NCBI GenBank assembly: GCA_040902305.1
Contig: JBBDXN010000134.1
Coordinates: 11,920 to 75,919 of the forward strand
DNA length: 64,000 nucleotides
Direction: 5' to 3'
Origin: Candidatus Rokuibacteriota bacterium
GTDB lineage: Bacteria; Methylomirabilota; Methylomirabilia; Rokubacteriales; CSP1-6
Shown: one piece after another, positions 45,254-54,412 of the stretch
How the letters are laid out: the number at the start of each line of letters is the position of its first letter
How positions within the stretch are numbered: the stretch's first letter is position 1
Translations under genes and position numbers: made by a program
Notes under the pieces: model-generated
The model's database searches: none
What the model saw: the letters and a program-made list of their open reading frames with translations, nothing else
Told to the model about the DNA's origin: nothing

Positions 45254-45380
45254 GATGACCTCCTTGTCGTTCGGGGAGCCGCCTCGCGAGCCGCCCCATC
45301 CTACTCGCGGGCCCGGGTGTTGACAACGGGGCGTACGAGCGGCGACCCTCTCGCTGAATCCATTCCAGGGAGGAGCCCCA

Positions 45381-46502
45381 ATGAAGGGACGGGTGGCGGG
45401 TCTCAAGGCCTACGGTGGCGAGTTCGAGCTGCGCGAGTACCCGGTGCCCGATTTGGAGCCCGGCGCGATCCTGATCAAGCTGACGCGGGCGGGGGTGTGC
45501 GGCTCCGATCTGCACATCTGGCGGGGCGAGATGAAGGAGACGTACGGCGCGCTGCCCAAGGACCTCACCTTCGGCCACGAGATGTGCGGCAAGGTGGAGC
45601 GGCTCGGGGCCGGGGTCACCACCGACTCGATGGGGCGGCCTTTGCGCAAGGGCGACCGGGTGACCTACTGCTACTTCTTCCCGTGCGGCCGCTGCCCGGT
45701 GTGCCTGCACGACGAGATGGGGAGCTGCCCGCAAAAGGGACGCCCGAACCGGGTGGCCGGCACCGCGCCCTACTTCAACAACGCCTACGGCGACTACTAC
45801 TACCTCCGGCCGGGCCACTTCATCTTCAAGGTGCCCGACGAGATCCCGGAGGACGTGGCCACCCCGATCAACTGCGCGCTCTCCCAGGTGCTCTACGGCC
45901 TGCGCAAGGCGGGCTTCCGGGCCGGCCAGTCGCTGGTGGTGCAGGGAGCGGGCGGGCTCGGCCTCAACGCGGTGGCGGTGGCGCGCGATATGGGCGCCGA
46001 TACCATCATCGTGATCGACCGGCTCGCCGAGCGGCTGGCCCTTGCCCGATCGTTCGGGGCCGACCACACCGTGAACGCGACCGAGATCGCCTCCGCGGAC
46101 AAGCGCGTCGACGCGGTAAAGGCGCTGACCGACGGCTTCGGGGCCAGCGTGGTGGCCGACTTCGTGGGCTACCCCGACGTGATCCCCGAGGGCCTGCGGA
46201 TGCTCCGGGGCGGCGGCTGCTATCTCGAGGTGGGCAGCATCTCGCCCGGCAACGTGTTTTCCTACGACGCCACCGCGCTGGTGCGGGCCAACGCGCGGCT
46301 TGTGGCCACGTCGAACTACTCGCCGTGGGCGCTCGAGCAGTCGCTCTCGTTCATGAAGCGCAACTTGAAGCGCTTCCCCTTCGAGAAGGTGATCTCGCAC
46401 GTGTTCCCGCTCGAGCGCATCTCGGAGGCCTTCGCCCAGGGCGACTGGGCCCAGCGCGGCGGCGACCCCGCGGGCGTCTCCCGCGCCGCGATCTCCATGT
46501 AG
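45381..46502 (+). CDS. Zn-dependent alcohol dehydrogenase (MDR family)
   Basis: 373 aa. GVCGSDLH, GHE..G and the structural Zn Cys cluster (C..C..C......C), with GAGGLG NAD-binding motif. Paralog of 51407-52519. Confidence 0.88.
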   Translation: MKGRVAGLKAYGGEFELREYPVPDLEPGAILIKLTRAGVCGSDLHIWRGEMKETYGALPKDLTFGHEMCGKVERLGAGVTTDSMGRPLRKGDRVTYCYFFPCGRCPVCLHDEMGSCPQKGRPNRVAGTAPYFNNAYGDYYYLRPGHFIFKVPDEIPEDVATPINCALSQVLYGLRKAGFRAGQSLVVQGAGGLGLNAVAVARDMGADTIIVIDRLAERLALARSFGADHTVNATEIASADKRVDAVKALTDGFGASVVADFVGYPDVIPEGLRMLRGGGCYLEVGSISPGNVFSYDATALVRANARLVATSNYSPWALEQSLSFMKRNLKRFPFEKVISHVFPLERISEAFAQGDWAQRGGDPAGVSRAAISM

Positions 46503-46921
46503 CACGCCGCCGACAATTCCTTCGGAATAGACATCGCGGTCACTGCCCTTTTGCGGGCCGAATGGATTCGGGCCGCGCGCTTGTGAGGCGCGCACGACGT
46601 GACTCGCCAGTCTTACCGCTTGACACGCGACGTAGAGCGAGTGATCTGCCAGAAGATGTCCTTACTGTGTATTGCCTCAAACACCGCGTGTCTTTGGGAT
46701 CTGTACCTGCGCTGAAGCCCAGTCTTCCAGAGAGTCAATCACCGTTTCTGTGTTCGGATCTTTCTTGACGTGGTGCGATTTCTCCGTGACTATCGGCGGC
46801 GCTTGTGTTCCTTGACGGGCTTACTAGATGAAATGAGTCCGAGTTGATCTGGCCCAATACGTTGTCGGAGGCGCTAACCGGCTTGTCTGTATCTGAAGAT
46901 GAGCCAGGCAAGACGCCGGTG

Positions 46922-47662
46922 ATGAAGAACCATAACTGCGCAGCCGGAGCGTTTCCGTCTGCACCTTCACTCTGGGCCGCCCACAGTTCGGACGCTACTT
47001 GGACCGTGTTCTGGGATAGGCCTGTACGTGTTGCGCTCGGCCGAATCTGGCCTGTCTGTGGGAAGAGGATTCTGGTCGTCGGTTGTGGCGATAGTCCTGT
47101 CTCGGCACATCTGGTGCGTGGCGGGGCACAGGTCCTAGCGCTCGATTTGTCGTTTCCTGCGCTTGCGGCAGCCGCGCGGAATGGCCCGGGACCCGCATAC
47201 CTCCAGGCGGACGCATCGAGGCTTCCAGTCCTGAATGCGACGTTTGATGTCACCCTGTCGGTCAGCACCCTGCAATACATGGCGATCAATGAAGTCGTGG
47301 GGAATTGCCGTCGAGTCTTGCGGCCCGGCGGCGTGTCCATGTTCATCGAGAATCTTGCGGGTAACCCCGCGGCGAAGCTGGATCGGTTCCGACGCCGCGT
47401 CCTCCGGGTACCAGAACCGCCGACAATGCGCATTCGGCGGCACCTGGAGCTGGCGGATCTCGCCATGTTCGGGCAGATGTTCACCAGGGTCACTGCCGAA
47501 GTCTGGTACGACTGGAGTACGGTCCTGCTGCCCCTCCTTTCCGCGCCTCCCATGGTCCGCCGACTAGTCATCGCGGCAGTTCTTCGGAGCGGGCGCGCGA
47601 CACCGCTATCGGCCTGGAGGTCCCGATTCGGATGGATCCTCTCCGTAGAGGCGCGGGTCTAA
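46922..47662 (+). CDS. class I SAM-dependent methyltransferase
   Basis: ILVVGCGDSP motif I, LDLS, and RVLRPGG post-II region. Start is ATG 46922 or the upstream TTG 46844. Low-G+C islet. Confidence 0.7.
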   Translation: MKNHNCAAGAFPSAPSLWAAHSSDATWTVFWDRPVRVALGRIWPVCGKRILVVGCGDSPVSAHLVRGGAQVLALDLSFPALAAAARNGPGPAYLQADASRLPVLNATFDVTLSVSTLQYMAINEVVGNCRRVLRPGGVSMFIENLAGNPAAKLDRFRRRVLRVPEPPTMRIRRHLELADLAMFGQMFTRVTAEVWYDWSTVLLPLLSAPPMVRRLVIAAVLRSGRATPLSAWRSRFGWILSVEARV

Positions 47663-47667
47663 CTCAG

Positions 47668-48588
47668 ATGGGGTCGATCCCCTTGCTGGCCACCCTGGAC
47701 GTGCATGACCACCCAAGGCTGGAAGCTGTCGTCGAAAAGTCGGCAGAGTTTTTTGCGCGTTCGAATGAACGGGTTACCTACTTTATCCCGTCGGCGATCG
47801 TGCTGCGCCACACCGGCATCCGACACATTCTTCGTGAGATCCGAAGGGTAGGGCACAGCGTCGGATGTCACGGTCTCACGCACGATGCGTCCGAGGATCT
47901 GGGTAGTCTGTCGCCCCGGGCGGAGTATCTTGTTCTGAGGCAGGCGACGGAGATCCTGGAGGACACGCTCGGCGCGCCGGTCCGGAGCTTTCGAGCGCCC
48001 GGCTTCCGGATCAGCCGCCGGACGCAGGAGATCCTGACGGAGCTGGGATACAAGGCGGACTTGTCAGTCACGCCACAGCGCTTGTGCGTGTTGAGTTCGA
48101 GTCCAGTTGAGGTCGGGTGGATGTGGGCGCCGCGTACACCGTACGCACCGAGAGCGGGAAATCCGTTCCGGCGCGGAGAGTTGGACTTACTGGAGATACC
48201 GACGAGCACCCTGGGTCTCCCGCTCACTCACGGGACCATAGCGAATGTTCCCGACTGGTTGACGCAGGCGCTGCTGGCTGGTCTGTCGCTTGAAGCCATG
48301 TACTTTCCCCGCGTGCTCGTCCCGATGTTCCATCCGGAAGCGATCGTTGGAGAGGTGGAACCATGGCGGCCGCAGTTCCGCTGGCGTGATCTCTTTCCCT
48401 CGCGAGTTGGCGGGGTCCGAGCCCGGTTCTATTTCTTCCTCGAACGCGACGCAAGAACAATCCACCGCCGCACGATGGCGACCATCAGGCAGTTGAGAGA
48501 TGTTGCAGGGCTGGAGAGTCTATCGGTTGACGACTATCTGCGCAGGTACGTCACTGAGGACGGTACGGTCAGTTCGGAGTTCGCGTAG
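47668..48588 (+). CDS. polysaccharide deacetylase (NodB-homology) family protein
   Basis: LATLDVHD, GCHGLTHD and FRAPGF motifs. Start is ATG 47668, or 47632 overlapping the previous gene. Confidence 0.7.
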   Translation: MGSIPLLATLDVHDHPRLEAVVEKSAEFFARSNERVTYFIPSAIVLRHTGIRHILREIRRVGHSVGCHGLTHDASEDLGSLSPRAEYLVLRQATEILEDTLGAPVRSFRAPGFRISRRTQEILTELGYKADLSVTPQRLCVLSSSPVEVGWMWAPRTPYAPRAGNPFRRGELDLLEIPTSTLGLPLTHGTIANVPDWLTQALLAGLSLEAMYFPRVLVPMFHPEAIVGEVEPWRPQFRWRDLFPSRVGGVRARFYFFLERDARTIHRRTMATIRQLRDVAGLESLSVDDYLRRYVTEDGTVSSEFA

Positions 48589-48615
48589 GACTGTCTTCGA
48601 CAGTGGGGCCGATCC

Positions 48616-49740
48616 TTAAGCCGATCCTTGAGTAGTCCGGTAGCGACGGATCAGGGCTTCGTCGAGGACGAGGCCGAAGCCGGGGTTGTCGGGGACCTCG
48701 AACATCCCGTCCTTGACGGGCGGACGGTTCGCCCAGAGCGCTTGCCAGGCGGGGTCGCGCTCCGGGTCGGCGAAGCATTCGACGTAGGTGCCGTGCGGCA
48801 CCGCGGCCAGCAGGTGGCCGGCGATCTGCGGCTCCTCGTGGTGCGCCATCTTCACGCCGGCGGCCTCGCAGAGCGCGGCGGCCCGGCGCCACTCGGTCAC
48901 GCCGCCGCCCTCGGAGGCGTCGAAGTTCACCATGTCCACCGCGCCCGCGTCCAGCAGGCGCCGCACCGCGTGGCTCGTGATCTCGGACTGGCCGGCGGTG
49001 ACCGGGATACGCGTCGCCCGCCGTACTTCCGCCATCATGCGGGCGTCGTCGTGCCAGTGACACGGCTCCTCGAACCAGCGGATCTCGAGCGGCTCGACCA
49101 GGCGCGCGAACCGCACCGCGTCCTCGACCGGCCAGCCCCGATTGGCGTCCACCGCGAGGACGAAGTCCGGGCCGGCGGCGAGGCGGGCCGCCGCGACCCG
49201 CTCGGCGTCGGCTTCCGGGGTGAGGCCGCCCACCTTGAACTTGCACCCCGCCATGCCGGCCTCGCGGCAGTTCTCCATCTCGCGGCCGATGTCAGCGAGG
49301 GTCTTGCCCTCGCGGTAGTAGCCGCCGATCGAGATGATAGGCAGCCGCCGGGACGGCGGGCCGCCGAGCAGCACGCAGACGCTCTGGCCGCGCGCCTTGC
49401 CGACCAGGTCCCAGATCGCGCAGTCCACACAGGCGATCGCTTCCATCAGGGTCTTGCGGTCGCGGCTGCTGTGGGTCAGCGCGAACAGGCGAGCCCAGAT
49501 CCGCTCGCCCTCGAAGAGATCCTGGCCGCGGAGGAGTGGGGCCAGCTCTTCGTGGATCAGACGGACGATCTCGGGGCCGTGCTCGCGGTTGTCGCCGTTG
49601 TAGACCTCGCTGACGAGCCCCTCGTCGGTCCGGAGGCGGGTGACCACGGTGGAGCGCTTGAGGACCGCGTAGGTGCTCCCGCCGAAGTTCCGCGTGAGCG
49701 GGATATCGACCGCGATCGCCTCGACGCTATGGAGACGCAT
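48616..49740 (-). CDS. mandelate racemase/muconate lactonizing enzyme (enolase superfamily), second copy
   Basis: 374 aa. CKFKVGG, LAVDANRGW, WFEEP and DMVNFD metal and acid-base motifs. Confidence 0.88.
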   Translation of the reverse strand: MRLHSVEAIAVDIPLTRNFGGSTYAVLKRSTVVTRLRTDEGLVSEVYNGDNREHGPEIVRLIHEELAPLLRGQDLFEGERIWARLFALTHSSRDRKTLMEAIACVDCAIWDLVGKARGQSVCVLLGGPPSRRLPIISIGGYYREGKTLADIGREMENCREAGMAGCKFKVGGLTPEADAERVAAARLAAGPDFVLAVDANRGWPVEDAVRFARLVEPLEIRWFEEPCHWHDDARMMAEVRRATRIPVTAGQSEITSHAVRRLLDAGAVDMVNFDASEGGGVTEWRRAAALCEAAGVKMAHHEEPQIAGHLLAAVPHGTYVECFADPERDPAWQALWANRPPVKDGMFEVPDNPGFGLVLDEALIRRYRTTQGSA

Positions 49741-49751
49741 CCCCGCTCCGG

Positions 49752-49779
49752 GAAATGTCGGAATGTAAGACCTGACCCC
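49752..49779. repeat. solo arm of the family-2 inverted repeat
   Basis: GAAATGTCGGAATGTAAGACCTGACCCC is the exact reverse complement of 10437-10464. Confidence 0.8.
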
Positions 49780-49783
49780 GCCC

Positions 49784-50275
49784 TCAGGCGCCGATGGCCT
49801 GCTCGACGGCCTGTTTGACCTCGGGCGCGGTGGGCGCGGTCTTGGGCTCGAAGCGCGCGGCGACCTGGCCGGTCTTGTCTACCAGAAACTTGGCGAAGTT
49901 CCACTTGATGTCGCCCGAGCCGTCGGGCTTCGTGGCCTGGCCGGTCAGCCAGGTGTAGAGCGGGGCGCGGCCGCCGCCGTTGACCTCGATCTTGGAGAAC
50001 ATCGGGAACGTGACGCCGTAGGTGGTCGAGCAGAACGTCTTGACGTCGGGGTCGCTGCCCGGCTCCTGCCCCGCGAACTGGTTGCAGGGGAACCCAAGCA
50101 CCGCGAAGCCCCGCGGGCCGTACTCGGCCTGCAGCGCCTGGAGCGCCTCGTACTGCGGCGTGAGCCCGCACTTCGACGCCACGTTGACCACCAGCAGGGC
50201 CTTGCCGCGATAGTCACCGAGCGACTGCTCCTTGCCGTCGATGGTCTTCACCGTGAAGTCGTAGATCCCGGCCAT
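49784..50275 (-). CDS. glutathione peroxidase (Cys type)
   Basis: 163 aa. NVASKCGLT (TGC codon, not TGA), FPCNQF and WNF motifs. Confidence 0.9.
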   Translation of the reverse strand: MAGIYDFTVKTIDGKEQSLGDYRGKALLVVNVASKCGLTPQYEALQALQAEYGPRGFAVLGFPCNQFAGQEPGSDPDVKTFCSTTYGVTFPMFSKIEVNGGGRAPLYTWLTGQATKPDGSGDIKWNFAKFLVDKTGQVAARFEPKTAPTAPEVKQAVEQAIGA

Positions 50276-50291
50276 GTCGTGCTCCTTGTGG

Positions 50292-50870
50292 TCAGACGGC
50301 GGGAAGCGCCGCGAGAGCTTTGCGGAAGCGGGAGGCCTGGCCGATCAAGTCCTGGTCGAAGGGAGCGGTGGAAGGACCCTTGTCGATCTTCACCACCACG
50401 ATGAAGGGGCCGTCTTCCTTCAGGATGCGGTCCACCGCGCGCTCGAGCTCCTCCTGGGTGCGCACCTCGATGCCCTTCTCGACGCCGGCGCCGCGCGCGA
50501 TGCCGACGAGGCTCGCCTTCCGGGCGGTCGCGGTGGCCTGGCCGCCGGTGGTCTGGTGCACCTCGTTGTCCCAGACCATCAAGACATAGTTCCTCGGCGC
50601 CTCCGCCGCGATGGTGCAGAGCGAGCCCAGGTTCATCAGCAGGGAGCCGTCGCCGTCCAGGCAGATCACGCGGACGTCGGGGCGGCCGATCGCGATGCCG
50701 AGGCCGATCGAGGAGCACTGGCCCATCGCCCCGAAGGTGTAGCAGTTGAGGGGGCGGTCGGCGATGGCGAGCAGATCGAGCGAGGCCTGGCCGAGGTTGG
50801 AGACCAGGACCTCGTTCTTCACGCGGGAGGCGAGGTACTTGGTGGCGCCGGCGCGGGTGAGCGGGCTCAT
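50292..50870 (-). CDS. TPP-dependent decarboxylase beta subunit (sulfopyruvate/phosphonopyruvate decarboxylase ComE-like)
   Basis: 192 aa from the ATG at 50870. TPP-binding motif GDGS...N (LDGDGSLLMNLGSL). ATGA overlap with the alpha subunit gene. Confidence 0.78.
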   Translation of the reverse strand: MSPLTRAGATKYLASRVKNEVLVSNLGQASLDLLAIADRPLNCYTFGAMGQCSSIGLGIAIGRPDVRVICLDGDGSLLMNLGSLCTIAAEAPRNYVLMVWDNEVHQTTGGQATATARKASLVGIARGAGVEKGIEVRTQEELERAVDRILKEDGPFIVVVKIDKGPSTAPFDQDLIGQASRFRKALAALPAV

Positions 50871-51382
50871 CCTCTCTTGCCTCCGGTGAGCTCGGAGGGT
50901 AGCACGATGGCCACCGGCTGCGAGCTCACGTAGCAGAGCTTGACCAGCCCGTCGGTCTGGTGCTCCAGCTCCGCGATCGACATCGGCCGGATCCAACGGA
51001 TGCCGAGCGCGTCCAGGATGTGGGTGACCGCCCGGCCCATCGGCACCTGCGCCGGGTTGAACTCGCCCAGGTCGCCGCGATGGCTCATCACCAGGACCAT
51101 CGGGATCATGCTCGCCATGTTCAGCGAGGCGAGCGCGTTGGTGCAGTTGCCGAGGCCGCTGTTCTGCATCAGCAGCGCGCCGCGGTGCCCGGCGAGCCAG
51201 GCGCCGGAGAGCAGCCCCACCGCTTCCTCTTCTCTGGTCGTCGTGACCACGCGGCACTCGGGGTCGGCCCACAGCTCGTCCAGCACGTGGCTCACGATGT
51301 AGTCGGGGACGGTCGCGTACAGCCGGATGCCGTTGCGGCGCAGCACGTCCGCGACGTGCTTGGCCCAGCTCTGTTCGGCCAT
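50867..51382 (-). CDS. TPP-dependent decarboxylase alpha subunit (ComD-like, pyrimidine-binding domain)
   Basis: 171 aa. VPD......L, REEEAVG and LMQNSGLGN, typical of the N-terminal TPP domain of split decarboxylases. Confidence 0.78.
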   Translation of the reverse strand: MAEQSWAKHVADVLRRNGIRLYATVPDYIVSHVLDELWADPECRVVTTTREEEAVGLLSGAWLAGHRGALLMQNSGLGNCTNALASLNMASMIPMVLVMSHRGDLGEFNPAQVPMGRAVTHILDALGIRWIRPMSIAELEHQTDGLVKLCYVSSQPVAIVLPSELTGGKRG

Positions 51383-51406
51383 TGCGGGCTCTCTCCTGGT
51401 CGGGGT

Positions 51407-52519
51407 CTAGCTCGGAACGATCGCGGCGCGGGTGACGTGGCCCTTGTCCTGCTGGACGAAGGCCTCCTCGATCGCCTCGAGCGGGAACTTGTGCGAGATG
51501 ATCTTGTTCCACGGATAGCGGGCGCGGGTACGCGTCATCATGTCGAGCGCCCCCCGCAGGTGCTCGGCCTCGTAGTGGGAGAGGCCGATGATGCGGCGGT
51601 TGCCGAAGATGATCCAGGCCGGATCGAACTCGGCCTTCCAGCCCACGTTGATGTTGCCGATCTCGAGATAGGTGCCTTCGGGCGCGGTCATGCGCAGCCC
51701 CTCGTCGACCACATTGGGATTGCCCACCAGCTCCATGACCACGTCGCCGCCCCAGTCGTCGGTGAGCTTCTTCACCGCCTTGATGCGATCGTCCGGCGTC
51801 TTGTGCTCGCGCATGTCCACCACGTCGGTGGCCCCGAAGGAGCGCGCCAGGGCCAGGCGCTCCTCGACCCCGTCGATGACGACGACGCGCGCCGCCCCCA
51901 TCTCCTTCGCCACCGCGCACGCGTAGACCCCGAGGCCGCCCGCGCCCTGGATGACCACGGTCTGCCCCGCCCGCACCGCCGCGATGTCGAGGCCCGCGTA
52001 GACCTGGGAGAAGGCGCAGTTGACGCCCGCGGCCATGTCGTCGGTGATGTCGTCGGCCAGCTTGAAGACCGCGTGATTCGGCCGCAGGTAGAAGTACTCG
52101 CCGAAGCCGCCCTGGAAGTGCGGCCACACCTCGCAGGAGACGAGGAAGTTGGCCTGGCGCACCGGGCAGGACTTGGTCTTGCCCTTGAGGCACATGCGGC
52201 AGCGCCCGCACGGGAAGAAGAAGCGGTAGGCCACCCGGTCGCCCACCGCGAGCGCCCGGCCCGCCGAGTCGGTCGTGACGCCGGGGCCGAGCTTGGCCAC
52301 GCGGCCCACGTGCTCGTGCCCGGTGTTGAGCGGCAGCGGCCGGCCCATCTTCACGTAGTCGAGCTCGCCCCGCCAGTAGTGCAGGTCCGAGCCGCACACG
52401 TTGGCCATCGCCACCTTGACCAGGATCGCGCCGGGCTCGGGGTCCGGCACCGGATACTCGCGGATCTCGAACGGTTTGCCCGCGCCGTGGAACACCGCCA
52501 TCCTCGCCGTCTCGGCCAT
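51407..52519 (-). CDS. Zn-dependent alcohol dehydrogenase (MDR family), second copy
   Basis: 370 aa from the ATG at 52519 (GAGGAGG upstream). NVCGSDLHYW, GHEHVG, the CGRCRMC cluster and GAGGLG. The N-terminal 285 aa of the 655-aa track ORF are spurious. Confidence 0.88.
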   Translation of the reverse strand: MAETARMAVFHGAGKPFEIREYPVPDPEPGAILVKVAMANVCGSDLHYWRGELDYVKMGRPLPLNTGHEHVGRVAKLGPGVTTDSAGRALAVGDRVAYRFFFPCGRCRMCLKGKTKSCPVRQANFLVSCEVWPHFQGGFGEYFYLRPNHAVFKLADDITDDMAAGVNCAFSQVYAGLDIAAVRAGQTVVIQGAGGLGVYACAVAKEMGAARVVVIDGVEERLALARSFGATDVVDMREHKTPDDRIKAVKKLTDDWGGDVVMELVGNPNVVDEGLRMTAPEGTYLEIGNINVGWKAEFDPAWIIFGNRRIIGLSHYEAEHLRGALDMMTRTRARYPWNKIISHKFPLEAIEEAFVQQDKGHVTRAAIVPS

Positions 52520-52594
52520 GAGCCCCTCCTCAGATGATGGACGACGGGCGGAGTTTAGCATGGTAGGCATCGGCCCGTTGTCGGTGACGCACGC

Positions 52595-53353
52595 TTGCCC
52601 GCGCGCACCGGGCACTATGCAAAACTCCTGTGGAGCGCGCGGCACCAGCATGGCGGGCCGCCCGCCGCGCTCCTCGCCCGCGCGTTCGCGCGCCACGCCG
52701 ACCCCGAGGTGCAGATCGCGCGCCTGACCTTCGACTTCCTGCGCCCCGTGCCGCTGACGCCGCTGACGATCGCAACCCGTGTGGTCCGCGCGGGCGCCAA
52801 GGTCCAGCGCCTCGCCGGCACGGTCCTCGCCGAGGGCGGCGCCGCCGTGATCGAGGCCACGTGCCTCGTGATGCGCGTGACGCCGGACCGCGTCGCCGTC
52901 CCACTGGAGACGCTCGCGCGGCCGGCGCTGCCCGCCGAGAGCGTGGCGTTCGAGCTGCCGTTCATGTCCGGCGACGAGGGATACCACCGCGCCGTCGAGT
53001 GGCGGCTCGCGAATGGAACGTGGGGTCGTGGGCCGGTGGCGGCGTGGCTCCGGCTCCGCGTGCCGCTCGTCGCCGGCGAGACGCCGACGCCCCCGCTCGA
53101 GTGCCTCGTCGTCGCCGCCGATTCCGCGAGCGGCGTGGCCGTCGCGGTCGACCCGGCGCGCGCGACGTTCGTGAACGGAGACCTGACCATCGCCCTGCAT
53201 CGCGCGCCGGCCGGCGAATGGATGTGCCTCGACGCGGCCACCACCGGCGAGGCGCACGGCATCGGCGTGGCGCGCGCACGGCTGTGGGACACGGCCGGCC
53301 TGGTGGGACGCTCGCTCCAGACGCTGCTGATCGAGCCCCGCGCCGGCGGTTAA
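52595..53353 (+). CDS. acyl-CoA thioesterase-like double hot-dog protein (TesB/4HBT_3-like), possibly N-terminally shortened
   Basis: 252 aa. HGGPPAALLARA and ...LTIALHRAP.GEW... blocks. The only in-frame start after the upstream TAG (52556) is a TTG, and homologs as I recall them have a longer N-terminus. Confidence 0.6.
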   Translation: MPARTGHYAKLLWSARHQHGGPPAALLARAFARHADPEVQIARLTFDFLRPVPLTPLTIATRVVRAGAKVQRLAGTVLAEGGAAVIEATCLVMRVTPDRVAVPLETLARPALPAESVAFELPFMSGDEGYHRAVEWRLANGTWGRGPVAAWLRLRVPLVAGETPTPPLECLVVAADSASGVAVAVDPARATFVNGDLTIALHRAPAGEWMCLDAATTGEAHGIGVARARLWDTAGLVGRSLQTLLIEPRAGG

Positions 53354-53425
53354 AGGGCCGTGCAGCGGAACCACGCCGACCGGACGCCCTATGGTAGGCT
53401 ACGGGGCGCCCGGGAGGGCCAAGCC

Positions 53426-54412
53426 ATGAAGATAGCGATCCTCGACGACTACCAGGACACGATCCGCACGCTCAACGCCTTCAAGAAGGTGGCGGGCCAG
53501 GACGTCACGATCTGGAAGGATCACACCAAGGACGTCGATACGCTGGCCGCGCGATTGAAGGATACCGAGGTGCTCGTGCTGCTGCGCGAGCGCACCCCGA
53601 TCCGCGGCCCGGTGCTCGATCGCCTCGACCGGCTGCGCATGATCACCCAGGTCGGCGTGGTCCCGCACATCGACATCCCCGCGTGCACCAAGCGCGGCGT
53701 CATCGTCTCCTCGAGCCAGATGCCGGGCCGGCCCTCCTACGCCACCGCGGAGCTGACGTGGGGCCTCGCCATCGCGGCGGTGCGGCGCATTCCCCAGGAG
53801 ATGATCGCGATGCGCGCGGGTAAGTGGCAGGCCTACCCGATCGGCACCGGCCTCCGCGGCAAGACCCTGGGCATCCTCGGCTACGGCAAGATCGGCGCGG
53901 TGGTGGTGGGCTACGGGCGCGCCTTCGGCATGAACGTGCTCGTGTGGGGTCGCGAGAGCACGCTGGAGAAGGCCAAGGCCGACGGCTACACGCCCGCCGC
54001 GAGCCGCGAGGCCTTCTTCGCGGATTCGGACGTGGTCTCGATCCACGTGCGGCTGATCGACGCGACCCGCGGCATGGTGACCGCCGAGGACCTCGGGCGC
54101 ATGAAGCCCTCCGCGGTGTTCGTCAACACGAGCCGCGCCGGGCTCGTGGCGCCGGGCGCGCTCGAGGCCGCGCTCGCCAAGGGCCGGCCCGGCATGGCCG
54201 CGGTGGACGTCTACGAGGACGAGCCGGTGCTGGGCGCCAAGCACCCGCTGCTCGCCATGGACAACGCGATCTGCGTGCCGCACCTGGGCTACGTGGAGCT
54301 CGACGGGCTCGAGCACATGTACGGCACGATCTTCGACCAGGTGCTGGCCTACGGCGCCGGCAAGCCGATCAACGTGCTGAACCCGGAGGCTCTGGCGGCC
54401 GTCAGGTCATGA
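53426..54412 (+). CDS. D-isomer-specific 2-hydroxyacid dehydrogenase, second copy
   Basis: 328 aa from the ATG at 53426 (GGGAGGG upstream). GILGYGKIGAVV, VNTSRA and PHLGY. Confidence 0.88.
   Translation: MKIAILDDYQDTIRTLNAFKKVAGQDVTIWKDHTKDVDTLAARLKDTEVLVLLRERTPIRGPVLDRLDRLRMITQVGVVPHIDIPACTKRGVIVSSSQMPGRPSYATAELTWGLAIAAVRRIPQEMIAMRAGKWQAYPIGTGLRGKTLGILGYGKIGAVVVGYGRAFGMNVLVWGRESTLEKAKADGYTPAASREAFFADSDVVSIHVRLIDATRGMVTAEDLGRMKPSAVFVNTSRAGLVAPGALEAALAKGRPGMAAVDVYEDEPVLGAKHPLLAMDNAICVPHLGYVELDGLEHMYGTIFDQVLAYGAGKPINVLNPEALAAVRS

Noticed and set aside
46503-46921. Possible small gene, sRNA or terminator in the ~400-nt gap (for example the GCGCGC-TTGTGAG-GCGCGC hairpin near 46573-46591)
   Set aside because: There is no ORF with a start, Shine-Dalgarno sequence and coding-like composition. 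The hairpin lacks a U-tract. I recognised no known RNA family by eye. The region is left unannotated.
49784-50275. Glutathione peroxidase as a possible fourth selenoprotein
   Set aside because: The active-site codon in NVASKCGLT is TGC (Cys) and the ORF is uninterrupted, so this is a Cys-type GPx. The same applies to the peroxiredoxin-like gene at 37727-38395 (CPFC) and the MopB enzyme at 25516-27597, which has no in-frame TGA.
52556-52595. Calling the thioesterase-like gene a definite pseudogene because of its short N-terminus and TTG start
   Set aside because: The judgement rests only on my recollection of homolog lengths. The remaining 252 aa are intact and include both hot-dog halves. 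It is kept as a CDS with reduced confidence.
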